Shown here: one piece after another, positions 1-8,430 of the stretch
Position numbering within the stretch: position 1 is the first letter of the stretch
Layout of the letters: each line of letters begins with the position of its first letter
Assembly: GCA_910577255.1 (NCBI GenBank)
Contig: CAJTMH010000004.1
Location: forward strand, 99,505-163,504
Source: an uncultured Duncaniella sp.
GTDB lineage: Bacteria; Bacteroidota; Bacteroidia; Bacteroidales; Muribaculaceae
DNA: 64,000 nt
Direction of reading: 5' to 3'
The notes under the pieces: generated by a model
Told to the model about the DNA's origin: nothing
The model's database searches: none
Seen by the model: the letters and a program-made list of their open reading frames with translations, nothing else
Translations under genes and position numbers: made by a program

Positions 1-550
1 TTGTCTCTATCAGGATGATGGTGAGCATATAGGCCATCGGGTCATTGGATCCGCTCTCGAGTTCTAGCATCGGACGCAGATTCTGCTTAAGGTTCACCTT
101 CTGGGTACCGAGTATGCCGAACACCGAAGCCGAGTCAGTGGATGACATGGTGGCAGCCAGGAGTAAGGAGGGCAGAAAAGCGAAATGTATGTTAGTCCAT
201 GCCATCCCTGACAGCCACCATACGAACAGACCTGTGAGAAGCGCCGTAAGAAGCACTCCAACTGTTGAAAGCACCAATCCTGGAGCTATGACAGGCCGTA
301 TGGCCGACAGTTTGGTATCCATACCACCCGAGAAGAGGATGATACAGAGAGCTATCATGCCGATAAACTGTGCGGTGTGCATGTCACTGAACTGGATCCC
401 AAGGCCGTCGGTGCCGAATGCCATCCCCACCAAAAGGAATATGAGAAGCAGCGGCAGACCTATACGGTAACTGGTCTTGCCGAGTAGCACTCCGGCAATG
501 AGCAAGGTAGAGCCTATGAGGAGTATGTTTTCAGAAGTAATGTAGTTCAT
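1..550 (-). CDS. cation:proton antiporter (NhaP2/CPA1-like K+/H+), N-terminal part; gene continues past window start
   Basis: Reverse strand from ATG (550-548) reads MNYITSENILLIGSTLLIAGVLLGKTSYRIGLPLLLIFLLVGMAFGTDGLGIQF..., a run of TM helices typical of NhaP2 N-termini. The + ORF 45..470 is its antisense shadow. Confidence 0.7.
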   Translation of the reverse strand, partial: MNYITSENILLIGSTLLIAGVLLGKTSYRIGLPLLLIFLLVGMAFGTDGLGIQFSDMHTAQFIGMIALCIILFSGGMDTKLSAIRPVIAPGLVLSTVGVLLTALLTGLFVWWLSGMAWTNIHFAFLPSLLLAATMSSTDSASVFGILGTQKVNLKQNLRPMLELESGSNDPMAYMLTIILIET

Positions 551-605
551 GCAGTGTCAAGAAAATATATTTTATGGCAGGGATAAACCGGGCCCCAGAA
601 AAATG

Positions 606-1148
606 TCAGCGGGTCACTACCTTGTACTCAGTTGCACCACCCGACACCACCGAATAGCGTGTGAGGCTGTAACCCCGGTCGGCAGCAGGCCCTGAACGCG
701 GCATGCCGTGATTTGTGAATATATCATAGGTGCTTCCGCAGTCGGGACATTCGGCAAAGAGTTCACCGTCAGGGACCCTCACCCTTATGGTAGGTCTGGC
801 CTCGTAAGGGCACGCAAGATCATAAGCCACGAGATTGCCGAGCACATCGGTGACAAGCAACAACCCTCCATAGCCTGTGCGGTCAAGCACGGTGTAAGGG
901 AAGTCGGAGGGTACTTTTTCAGCCGGAGGATTGAAAATATAAGTGCGGTAATCGGCTGCATCACCTTTTACTCCGTAGATATTCCAGTCACCGACGGTGT
1001 GGAAGGTGAGATGCACTTCGGCATAGGGAAGACGGTTGTCGTCGACCGAGTCACAGCCGCCGCCACAAACCAGCATTACCGCCGCGGCGGCCGCGACGGT
1101 AATGTAATTTTTAAGGCCGGAGACTCCGGCGGGAAGAGAGATTCGCAT
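606..1148 (-). CDS. hypothetical lipoprotein with Rieske-like Cys pattern lacking His ligands
   Basis: Start trimmed to MRISLPAGVSGLKNYITVAAAAAVMLVCGGGCDS (signal peptide plus lipobox Cys). C-terminal CPYE...CPDCG spacing resembles a Rieske fold but has no His. Confidence 0.5.
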   Translation of the reverse strand: MRISLPAGVSGLKNYITVAAAAAVMLVCGGGCDSVDDNRLPYAEVHLTFHTVGDWNIYGVKGDAADYRTYIFNPPAEKVPSDFPYTVLDRTGYGGLLLVTDVLGNLVAYDLACPYEARPTIRVRVPDGELFAECPDCGSTYDIFTNHGMPRSGPAADRGYSLTRYSVVSGGATEYKVVTR

Positions 1149-1209
1149 GTGTGTGTTGTGTTCTAAATTTCTGAGCCGGGGGAGCGGTGAGGCTGACCGG
1201 ACCGGCACC

Positions 1210-1629
1210 TTACTGGAAAAGCGAAGTGAAGACGTCGCCGAACTTATCGGCGGCTTCCTGAATCTTGCCTCCGATGAACGGACGAAGCATGGCAGGAATC
1301 TCCAGATCGATTTTAGGTGTCAGCGAGGTGCTGCCTTCACCGGCCGAAGCCAGGTCAAGGCTCAGTTTCAGGGGCACCGGTGAACCTTCGGCCGAGAAGC
1401 CTACATGGGTCGGGGCGGTGCGCTCGCTGATGCGGAACACGAGCTGGCCTATTGACGGAGCGTTCATCTTCACGCAGTCGCCCTCGAATTCCACGCCCTG
1501 GAGCTTTTCGCGCTGCTCAGCGGGCAGAGCCTCTACGAGGTCCTTGTACTGGCCGAGGTCGGAGACTTTGGCATAAATCTCCTCGACGGGACGAGGAAGA
1601 GTGACTGATTTTCCTGAGTAAGTTGACAT
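1210..1629 (-). CDS. hypothetical protein (small SRPBCC-like?)
   Basis: 139-aa ORF with protein-like composition, tightly packed between neighbours. No motif recognised. Confidence 0.45.
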   Translation of the reverse strand: MSTYSGKSVTLPRPVEEIYAKVSDLGQYKDLVEALPAEQREKLQGVEFEGDCVKMNAPSIGQLVFRISERTAPTHVGFSAEGSPVPLKLSLDLASAGEGSTSLTPKIDLEIPAMLRPFIGGKIQEAADKFGDVFTSLFQ

Positions 1630-1661
1630 TTATGAAGTGTGGGTAAGTTATGTATGCTCGA

Positions 1662-2312
1662 TTATTCTTTGTCGGTGTCAGCGGGCGACCACATTGACGG
1701 ATCCTTGCGCCACTCCTTAAGGGTAGCGACATCGCTTTCACGGATGAAACCGGTCTCAAGCGCAGCGTTGATGAGAGCCGAATAGTTGGAGAGTGTGATG
1801 AGATTCACACCTGCTTCTTTGAAACGCTTGGTAGCCACAGGGAATTCGTAGCTGAATATAGCCACCATGCCTATCACTTCGCAACCTGCGTTACGGATAG
1901 CTTCGACAGCCTTGAGGCTGCTGCCGCCGGTCGACACAAGATCCTCAACCACCACTACTTTCTGTCCGGGGCGGAGATCACCTTCGATAAGGTTTTCCAG
2001 GCCGTGATCCTTAGGGGTAGAACGCACGTAGACATACGGAAGGCCGAGGCTGTCGGACACAAGCGCGCCCTGTGCGATGGCACCTGTAGCCACACCGGCC
2101 ACGGCATCAACGTCGCCAAAGTTCTCAAGGATAATGCGGCTGAGCTCCACCTTGATGAAGTTACGCACATCAGGATATGACAAAGTCTTGCGGTTATCAG
2201 TATATATTGGAGAATTCCAGCCGGATGCCCAGGTGAAAGGATTGTCAGGCTGAAGTTTTATAGCACTGATTTTCAACAATTTCTCAGCAAGAATGAGGTC
2301 AAGGTGTTTCAT
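1662..2312 (-). CDS. pyrE: orotate phosphoribosyltransferase
   Basis: 216 aa. PRPP-binding loop VVVVEDLVSTGGS. N-terminus (KLQPDNPFTWASGWNSPIYTDNR) is typical of OPRTase. Confidence 0.9.
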   Translation of the reverse strand: MKHLDLILAEKLLKISAIKLQPDNPFTWASGWNSPIYTDNRKTLSYPDVRNFIKVELSRIILENFGDVDAVAGVATGAIAQGALVSDSLGLPYVYVRSTPKDHGLENLIEGDLRPGQKVVVVEDLVSTGGSSLKAVEAIRNAGCEVIGMVAIFSYEFPVATKRFKEAGVNLITLSNYSALINAALETGFIRESDVATLKEWRKDPSMWSPADTDKE

Positions 2313-2401
2313 ATAATCGGAATTGATAATTTTCAGAGTGCAAAATTAGTTCTTATTCAAGCTTTCTGCAACTATTTTTAGTTTAAGTTTTATAAAAGAG
2401 C

Positions 2402-2475
2402 AAAAAAAGAGATGTCTCCCGACATCTCTCTTCCTTTTTAAACCTTTATCTTAATCTAATACTATGAAAAACACA
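2402..2475 (-). ncRNA. putative small RNA, paralog A (5' end approximate)
   Basis: Minus strand has a -7 box TACATTTG (2487-2480) and a conserved core GTGTTTTTCATAGTATTAGATT. A 9-bp hairpin AGAGATGTC/GACATCTCT (2429-2408) is followed by T7. Homologous to locus 20691-20757. Confidence 0.4.
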
Positions 2476-2637
2476 CGTACAAATGTAGGTATATTTTTTT
2501 GAATATTCCTAACGGCCAATCCCAATTTAACATATTTTTGCATCACCTTTTCAAAAAGTGATACTATTTTATCCAATTCAACACTTCATCTAATATTCCG
2601 CGTGTGGGTTGATAACTAAAATATATGAAAAATGTTG

Positions 2638-2645
2638 TATATTTG
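2638..2645 (+). promoter_or_regulatory. Bacteroidetes-type -7 promoter box (TATATTTG) upstream of HAD hydrolase gene
   Basis: Matches TAnnTTTG, ~95 nt upstream of the ATG at 2740. Confidence 0.35.
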
Positions 2646-2739
2646 TGCTGCCGGTCAGTTTGTCACATAGCAATTTAAACCGTCCACAATAGCAGCAACC
2701 ACACACGTGACATTTGCCACGAAAATTCAATATTACATT

Positions 2740-3591
2740 ATGAAACACCTCTTTATATCAGATATGGACGGCACACTTCTTGGCAGTGACAGTCTCGTGA
2801 GTCAGGAAAGCGCCGAAATCATCACCGAACTTTCAAAAAAGGGAGCCATGATAACCGTGGCCACGGCGCGCACTCCTGCCACCGTCGAGCCGCTGCTATC
2901 ACAAACCTACACCACCATCCCGGCCATAGTGATGACCGGTGCGGCAATGTGGGACCGCGTCGCCCACCGGTACATTCATCCTGTGCTCCACGATCCGGCC
3001 GCCCTTCCCGGTGTGATGAGCTGTTTCCACAGCCACGGTGTGAATCCATTCGTCTATATTTTCAGTCCCGACGGAGAGCTCACGGTGTATCACAATGGCA
3101 ATATGACCGGACATGAGCAGAAATTTTACGAGGAACGCCGGCACCTCACTCTGAAGCATTTTGTCCTTGACGACCCGCGCGGACTGGAATGCCCTATAGG
3201 CGACACCATCCTTGTGTTCGGCATGGGTGATTTCGATGTAATCGAAGCGATAGCCGACGAGCTCGCCAAGGATTCGCGCCTATCCATCTCGGCCTACCGC
3301 GACATCTTCAACCATAAGCTCGGGACAATAGAAGTGTTCAGGGCAGGGGTATCGAAAGCCGCAGCCGTGAAACGCCTGGCTGAACATGTTGGCGCCGACC
3401 GGATCACCGTTTACGGCGACAATCTGAACGACCTCTCGATGCTCGCCGTAGCCGACGATTCAGTGGCCGTGGCAAACGCCGCGCCCGAAGTCCTGACAGC
3501 CGCATCACGCACCATAGGCCCCAACACCCAATCCTCAGTGGCCCGCGACATGAAGGCCACCGTTGAGAAAGAATTGGAAGCCCACAAGTAA
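2740..3591 (+). CDS. Cof-type HAD-IIB family hydrolase
   Basis: Motif I DMDGTLL and late motif GDNLNDLSM. Start moved to MKHLFISDMDGTL. Confidence 0.8.
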   Translation: MKHLFISDMDGTLLGSDSLVSQESAEIITELSKKGAMITVATARTPATVEPLLSQTYTTIPAIVMTGAAMWDRVAHRYIHPVLHDPAALPGVMSCFHSHGVNPFVYIFSPDGELTVYHNGNMTGHEQKFYEERRHLTLKHFVLDDPRGLECPIGDTILVFGMGDFDVIEAIADELAKDSRLSISAYRDIFNHKLGTIEVFRAGVSKAAAVKRLAEHVGADRITVYGDNLNDLSMLAVADDSVAVANAAPEVLTAASRTIGPNTQSSVARDMKATVEKELEAHK

Positions 3592-3699
3592 AACCACACA
3601 CCAACCTCCTGCCACCACCGGAAATACAGGACAAAACAAAAGGCCCCGACTCCACAAAATCAGAGTCGGGGCTTCCTTGATTTAATATATCCTGAATAA

Positions 3700-6600
3700 T
3701 CAGATCCAGACTTTTAACACCTTTCCATTGCTCAAGCGCACAATGTAGAATGTATTGGTGGCCAATCGGAACTCTTCAGAATCAGACATATCATGACGAT
3801 CGGTAATCTTTATGCCATTCAAATCATAGATATAGCATGACAGTCCCGAGCCATTTACCACTTTGAGAGTAGTGCCTTCGACAAATATTTTAACCTCATC
3901 AAAGTCTGCGCCTTCAATCCCGGAAAAACCATCTTCCGAAACAGAAAAACTCAATGTGGCTCCATACAGAGTAGTCCCGGATTCCGTTTTGACAAACGCC
4001 CTCACGGCATAATTACCCTTTGACAACTCTCCACTCTTAAATGTATACTGCATTGACTCGTCAGTAGTGACTGTAATTACTTGCTGCGGAGCATACATAC
4101 GTGCCGACTGGGCTCCGAGTGCCCAATACTCATATCCTTGACTCACGATAGCCTCCGAACCAGCCACACAGTAACCGCACATTACCAGTGCATTGTTTTC
4201 CCTGTCGGTTCTGAATACGGTATAGACTGTTGCAGGATAATAGATGAATTCAGACTCCGTCCGGAAAGTTTCCCAATTATCGGAGGCGTAAATCTCATCA
4301 TGATAACGCACGGCGGTGCGATATTGATAGTCAGTATTAGGTTCAAGCATACCATTCACAAGAGAAACTGAAATCGATCCATCATCCTGCTTCACACCTT
4401 TAGTAAATGCGGGGGCAGAATCCCAACCTTTCATCTGCTTCCATTGGAAACCAAATTCAGCCGAGCTGTATGAATCACAGTCGATTTCCCCATTCATCGT
4501 CGCAGAGCGGTTAGATATGTTAGAGACATCGGACGTAAGAGTTGAAATAGCCAACGTGGTAAAACTACGCATGTTAGAATATAAACGTCCACTCTCTTTT
4601 GTCTCGATAAAACTTCTGCAATAATATGTTATACCCGGAGTTAGCTCGTTTATTAATTCCCTGCCGGATTTATCATCAGAAACAACCACGTCACTTCCGA
4701 TTTCAATTCCTGCCGAAACAAATGTGGCATCTCCATAGTTGGAAGACCAGCCAATCAAAGCAGCAGTCTGGGAAACCTCACCCAAAGTAATGGTCGAAGT
4801 CACAGCTGACGTCCTGAAGGAAAAAGCAGAGCCTGATGAATCAGCGTGCCATGACATCTCCTCTCCATTAACCTTAGCAAAAATCGCGACATTATACTGG
4901 CTACCGGGGATAAGATTCACAAGTTCCTGTTCGCCGGTATAAGGTAAAATTTCCCCATTGTTCAACCGATACTGTACATCCGAAATTTCTGCATCTCCGG
5001 AATCAAACGTCACTTTCATTTTTGCTTTTGTCTGTGTGATTCCAGAAAACGACACAATTACATTAACCGGCAAAGTCCTATACTCAAACCATGAATAATC
5101 CCAATCAACTTTTGACAGAGGACAATATCGTTCGTTCACAAGGCCTCTGAACCTAATATTATATTGTTCGTTGGGCGCGAGATTATTTAGCGTCAATGTA
5201 TTTCCACAAATCGAATAAGGTTGTGTATCATTTACAGAATTTGCAAGAGCATACTCAATTTGAGAAATAACCGCATCGCCGTCCTGCGAAGCATCAAGCT
5301 CTAAGGATATAGATGTTTGTGTGATTTTTTTGACTGTTGCAGTTATTGTAGCTCTGTCAGTTCCTGCAAAATTCCAAGTTGAATTTTTGGAACTTGTATA
5401 ATATACTTTGTCGCCATCAATTACAGCATATACCCTCCATCTGATTCCCAGACCGGGACATAATTGCGTGGCCACAGCCTTTAACACTTTATCGTCTGTA
5501 GGAATGGCAGGCATATCAATAATATCTGATTTCACATAGCTATCGGCTGATTCGAAGAAGCCGTCTGAATCAATGTAATATTCAAAGCCATAATCAATTG
5601 ACGCGTCATCATCTGTCTCTGACAATGTTGCGGCAAATGTCACAGTTGTTTGTGTGAACGAATCGGAATTACAGTTGAGGAAATATGTGTCCAACGTAGT
5701 AAATTCGAGTATGTCAGAATATATGATATCACCACCTGCAGGCTGAATATAAGTTCTTGCCTGGTATGTGGCGCCCATTTCAAGATTCTTCTTAACACAA
5801 GTATAATCCGAGTCATTTCCTGCATCTTCCACCTCTTCCCAATCAGGACTCTCTTTTTTTCTAAACTGCATTCCCCGCTGATATATGTTAGCATCCCCAA
5901 AGATAACATTACCTGACAAAATTGCCTGATGCTGAGACACTTTTAATAGCTCAGGCTTGTTTGCTATGATAGGTAATGTAGTAAACACCGATGCCTCACT
6001 ATATACTTGACCAAGATTTTCAATATCTGTATAAAAGCGGACTTCATAAGAAACATCAGGTTTCAATCTTGACAAACCGTAGGATAGGGTTGAGGATACA
6101 TCGTTGAATGCGATATTTGACCATGTGCTGCCACTTTGTTCTTTGAATTCCAGCCCGGAAGACAAGATAACAGCATCACCGTTGTTTACACTACATGAGA
6201 CTTTCGCCGATGCCTGTGTTACATTATCTATCGTCATTTCCTCAAATGTAACACCCAATGTTTCGAATTCAATCAGCTGGCTTGAGCCGTTAGTCCAACG
6301 TATCGACAGCGGGCTTTCAAAATTAGGCACAGATTCGACATAATAACCATAAACGGATTTAGGATGTAGGTTATTTAATGTCAATGGAGCACCATCAGCA
6401 GGAATTTTTGTCGATATCTCGGAAAATTCACTGACATTGGGGATCTTGAGATTCCAAATTCCGCCAAAACATGGCCAACTTGGAGAGCCGCCTGCTAAAT
6501 CTGTTTCAAATTTGAGCTTATGAACCCCTTGAGGGACAACTACGGTGATCGTTTCTTTTTCGCTGTCAGACTTCCAGCTTGCATTTGATATATATGCCTT

Positions 6601-7719
6601 GGAAACATCATCCACATAAAAACTCATAGATGACGTTTTCGACCCAATATTATTCCCTTGCCAGCCATAACAGAGCCATTGAAAGGAAATAGTGGATTCA
6701 TCAGTCAGAATCACATCAATTTCTATGGTTTCCTTGTAATACGAATCAGTATTATAGACACCCGAGTAAGTATTAGTTTTCCAACCAGAAGAAAAGTCGG
6801 GTTTTAGTAATGTTGAGGTGTCGTCCAGTAAATATTGTTCCAGTTTACTGCATTCATGCCTTGGTTGCTTAGATCCATATACATAATAAAAATCAGCATT
6901 GGCGTCGCCAAAGTCGGGTGTATAATTCAGCGTGGCAGTGGTTTGAGTTATTGGTGCTACTTCCAGATCCGAGAAGCCTATACCTAATGTTTCGAAACCG
7001 CCTATTGGCGAAAACACTCTTTCATCCTGACCTGCGACCACACTATAGGCTCTATATAAATATTTCTGTGCCGGGAATAAAGCAGATATCTCTCCTGTCT
7101 TTGATTCAATCCAATCGTCAGGAGTAGTGTTTGAGATTGAGATATTCCGCAACATTCCTATATCCAGGCCCATATTTGAAGGCCTTGTCTTGCTATATGA
7201 CCAAGCGATAGTGTGCTTCCCGGCAGTCAGCGGCACAGTGACACTTTCAAAATCACGGAAGCCACTGATGGTTTGTATTTTGACATCATCAACATACAAG
7301 CTAAGCATTCCTATTCCATCCTCGGAATCCACACTCCATTCATAAGTAAGATTTGAAGAATCATAGAGCGTCACATCAACTGTAATTTTTGACTCCTGAT
7401 CAGAGGGAACATTCTGGTTACTTTCAATCCAACCTTTGATGCTTCGCGCCGCCCAAGCATAGGAACTCTTATTGTTTATCTGCACAGGATCGGATGTAGG
7501 CAATAAAGCCGATTTAGAGAATTCATCTATTTCCGGCAGAACACCGTACTTATACTGAAATCCATGGTCTGCACTGGCATCGGGGAAATCCGCCGACAGA
7601 GTTGCTTTTGTTTGTGTGATGTCAGTAGCTTCATGAAGGGCTATCTGAGCCGAAGAATTGGAAAGACCAACAAGTATAGCCAACACCGACATCATCCTCT
7701 TTAGGTAATGATGTTTCAT
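3700..7719 (-). CDS. large secreted multi-FN3-like repeat protein with T9SS C-terminal sorting domain
   Basis: Signal peptide MMSVLAILVGLSNSSAQ. At least 9 ~90-100-aa modules share F.TL...TQT.A...GDA. The C-terminal beta-sandwich ends ...FYIVRLSNGKVLKVWI, typical of a T9SS CTD. Confidence 0.75.
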   Translation of the reverse strand: MKHHYLKRMMSVLAILVGLSNSSAQIALHEATDITQTKATLSADFPDASADHGFQYKYGVLPEIDEFSKSALLPTSDPVQINNKSSYAWAARSIKGWIESNQNVPSDQESKITVDVTLYDSSNLTYEWSVDSEDGIGMLSLYVDDVKIQTISGFRDFESVTVPLTAGKHTIAWSYSKTRPSNMGLDIGMLRNISISNTTPDDWIESKTGEISALFPAQKYLYRAYSVVAGQDERVFSPIGGFETLGIGFSDLEVAPITQTTATLNYTPDFGDANADFYYVYGSKQPRHECSKLEQYLLDDTSTLLKPDFSSGWKTNTYSGVYNTDSYYKETIEIDVILTDESTISFQWLCYGWQGNNIGSKTSSMSFYVDDVSKAYISNASWKSDSEKETITVVVPQGVHKLKFETDLAGGSPSWPCFGGIWNLKIPNVSEFSEISTKIPADGAPLTLNNLHPKSVYGYYVESVPNFESPLSIRWTNGSSQLIEFETLGVTFEEMTIDNVTQASAKVSCSVNNGDAVILSSGLEFKEQSGSTWSNIAFNDVSSTLSYGLSRLKPDVSYEVRFYTDIENLGQVYSEASVFTTLPIIANKPELLKVSQHQAILSGNVIFGDANIYQRGMQFRKKESPDWEEVEDAGNDSDYTCVKKNLEMGATYQARTYIQPAGGDIIYSDILEFTTLDTYFLNCNSDSFTQTTVTFAATLSETDDDASIDYGFEYYIDSDGFFESADSYVKSDIIDMPAIPTDDKVLKAVATQLCPGLGIRWRVYAVIDGDKVYYTSSKNSTWNFAGTDRATITATVKKITQTSISLELDASQDGDAVISQIEYALANSVNDTQPYSICGNTLTLNNLAPNEQYNIRFRGLVNERYCPLSKVDWDYSWFEYRTLPVNVIVSFSGITQTKAKMKVTFDSGDAEISDVQYRLNNGEILPYTGEQELVNLIPGSQYNVAIFAKVNGEEMSWHADSSGSAFSFRTSAVTSTITLGEVSQTAALIGWSSNYGDATFVSAGIEIGSDVVVSDDKSGRELINELTPGITYYCRSFIETKESGRLYSNMRSFTTLAISTLTSDVSNISNRSATMNGEIDCDSYSSAEFGFQWKQMKGWDSAPAFTKGVKQDDGSISVSLVNGMLEPNTDYQYRTAVRYHDEIYASDNWETFRTESEFIYYPATVYTVFRTDRENNALVMCGYCVAGSEAIVSQGYEYWALGAQSARMYAPQQVITVTTDESMQYTFKSGELSKGNYAVRAFVKTESGTTLYGATLSFSVSEDGFSGIEGADFDEVKIFVEGTTLKVVNGSGLSCYIYDLNGIKITDRHDMSDSEEFRLATNTFYIVRLSNGKVLKVWI

Positions 7720-7774
7720 GAGTAATTATTCGCCCATGCAACTCTCCAATAGGGCCATTGTGATTGGTTTATAC

Positions 7775-8117
7775 AAAAAAAGCGTGAGAGCCGTACTTGT
7801 TGCTCGTCCCACGGTTAGAGGCTCTGGCATGTGCCCATCGTAGTAGAACGAGCAAACTTGCAGAAGCCTCACGCAGAATATGATATACGTCCGAGCCCGA
7901 CGCTTTCGCGCCGGACCGAAAGGAATATACATATCCAACTAAGACATCTACTGTTTGCTGCATTCTTGACTACGATTTTGAAACTGCCAGATTTCTAACC
8001 GTCAAGAAAGAGCGTCGAGTAAACGCTTTTTCATCATGTCTATGCCATGGAATGTACCATGGCAATAAAATGGCCCGCCCGCATAACCCTCGAGATGGCT
8101 TCTGCGATGGGGTCTAT
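7775..8117 (-). promoter_or_regulatory. long structured 5' leader (possible attenuator or independent ncRNA) upstream of the T9SS cargo gene
   Basis: -7 box TAACTTTG (8130-8123, minus strand). No credible ORF. Has a GAAA-tetraloop hairpin, a GCCATGG/CCATGGC hairpin (8044-8063) and alternative pairings. A T7 run (7781-7775) sits 55 nt before the ATG at 7719. Confidence 0.3.
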
Positions 8118-8223
8118 GACCGCAAAGTTAATAATATTTTTTTATAACCAAACAATTCGTCCCACGAAATCAACATGTTAAGCACCTACGCGAGAAAGAT
8201 TTGGAGAATTGAAGAATAATGCT

Positions 8224-8231
8224 TAAATTTG
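8224..8231 (+). promoter_or_regulatory. -7 promoter box (TAAATTTG) for tRNA-Leu
   Basis: TAnnTTTG match 23 nt upstream of the tRNA 5' end. Confidence 0.4.
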
Positions 8232-8253
8232 CACCCACAAATCCTTTTTGACT

Positions 8254-8335
8254 GCGCATGTGGCGTAATTGGTAGCCGCGTTAGACTTAGGATCTAATGT
8301 CTCAGGACGTGGGGGTTCGAGTCCCTTCATGCGCA
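8254..8335 (+). tRNA. tRNA-Leu (anticodon TAG), type II with long variable arm
   Basis: 7-bp acceptor stem GCGCATG/CATGCGC plus discriminator A. Anticodon stem TTAGA/TCTAA with loop CTTAGGA. T-loop TTCGAGT. No encoded CCA. Confidence 0.9.
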
Positions 8336-8430
8336 CAATTCCTTTAATCAGCCAACCGATTATCACTTATCGGTTGGCTGATAGATTTTACCAACTTATC
8401 ACTCCGGCTATGATGTGTTACCTTAAAGCA

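Noticed and set aside
45-470. 141-aa + strand ORF at the window start
   Set aside because: It lies antisense to a clear multi-TM antiporter reading frame (minus strand, ATG at 550). Its Arg/Ser/Pro-rich composition is typical of a shadow ORF.
2464-2502. Mini-ORFs on the + strand at the two sRNA loci (MKNTRTNVGIFF at 2464; MKNTLQR at 20747)
   Set aside because: Only the first four codons are shared. Lengths and sequences then diverge, so conservation is at the nucleotide level and fits an antisense RNA better than a peptide.
7726-7963. 70-aa and 64-aa minus-strand ORFs upstream of the T9SS gene
   Set aside because: They overlap each other, lack any motif and coincide with extensive RNA-like secondary structure, so they are treated as non-coding.
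7720-8130. RNase P RNA, tmRNA, 6S, SRP RNA or a known riboswitch in the ORF-free region
   Set aside because: No GGAAAGUCCGG-type RNase P core. No tRNA-like 3' end or tag ORF (tmRNA). No SRP GGAA/AGCA motif. No B12 or TPP boxes. Kept only as an unclassified structured leader.
8269-8430. N-terminal extension of the M6 protease ORF (first ATG at 8269)
   Set aside because: The extension overlaps tRNA-Leu (8254-8335) and translates it as protein. A proper signal peptide begins at Met 8431.
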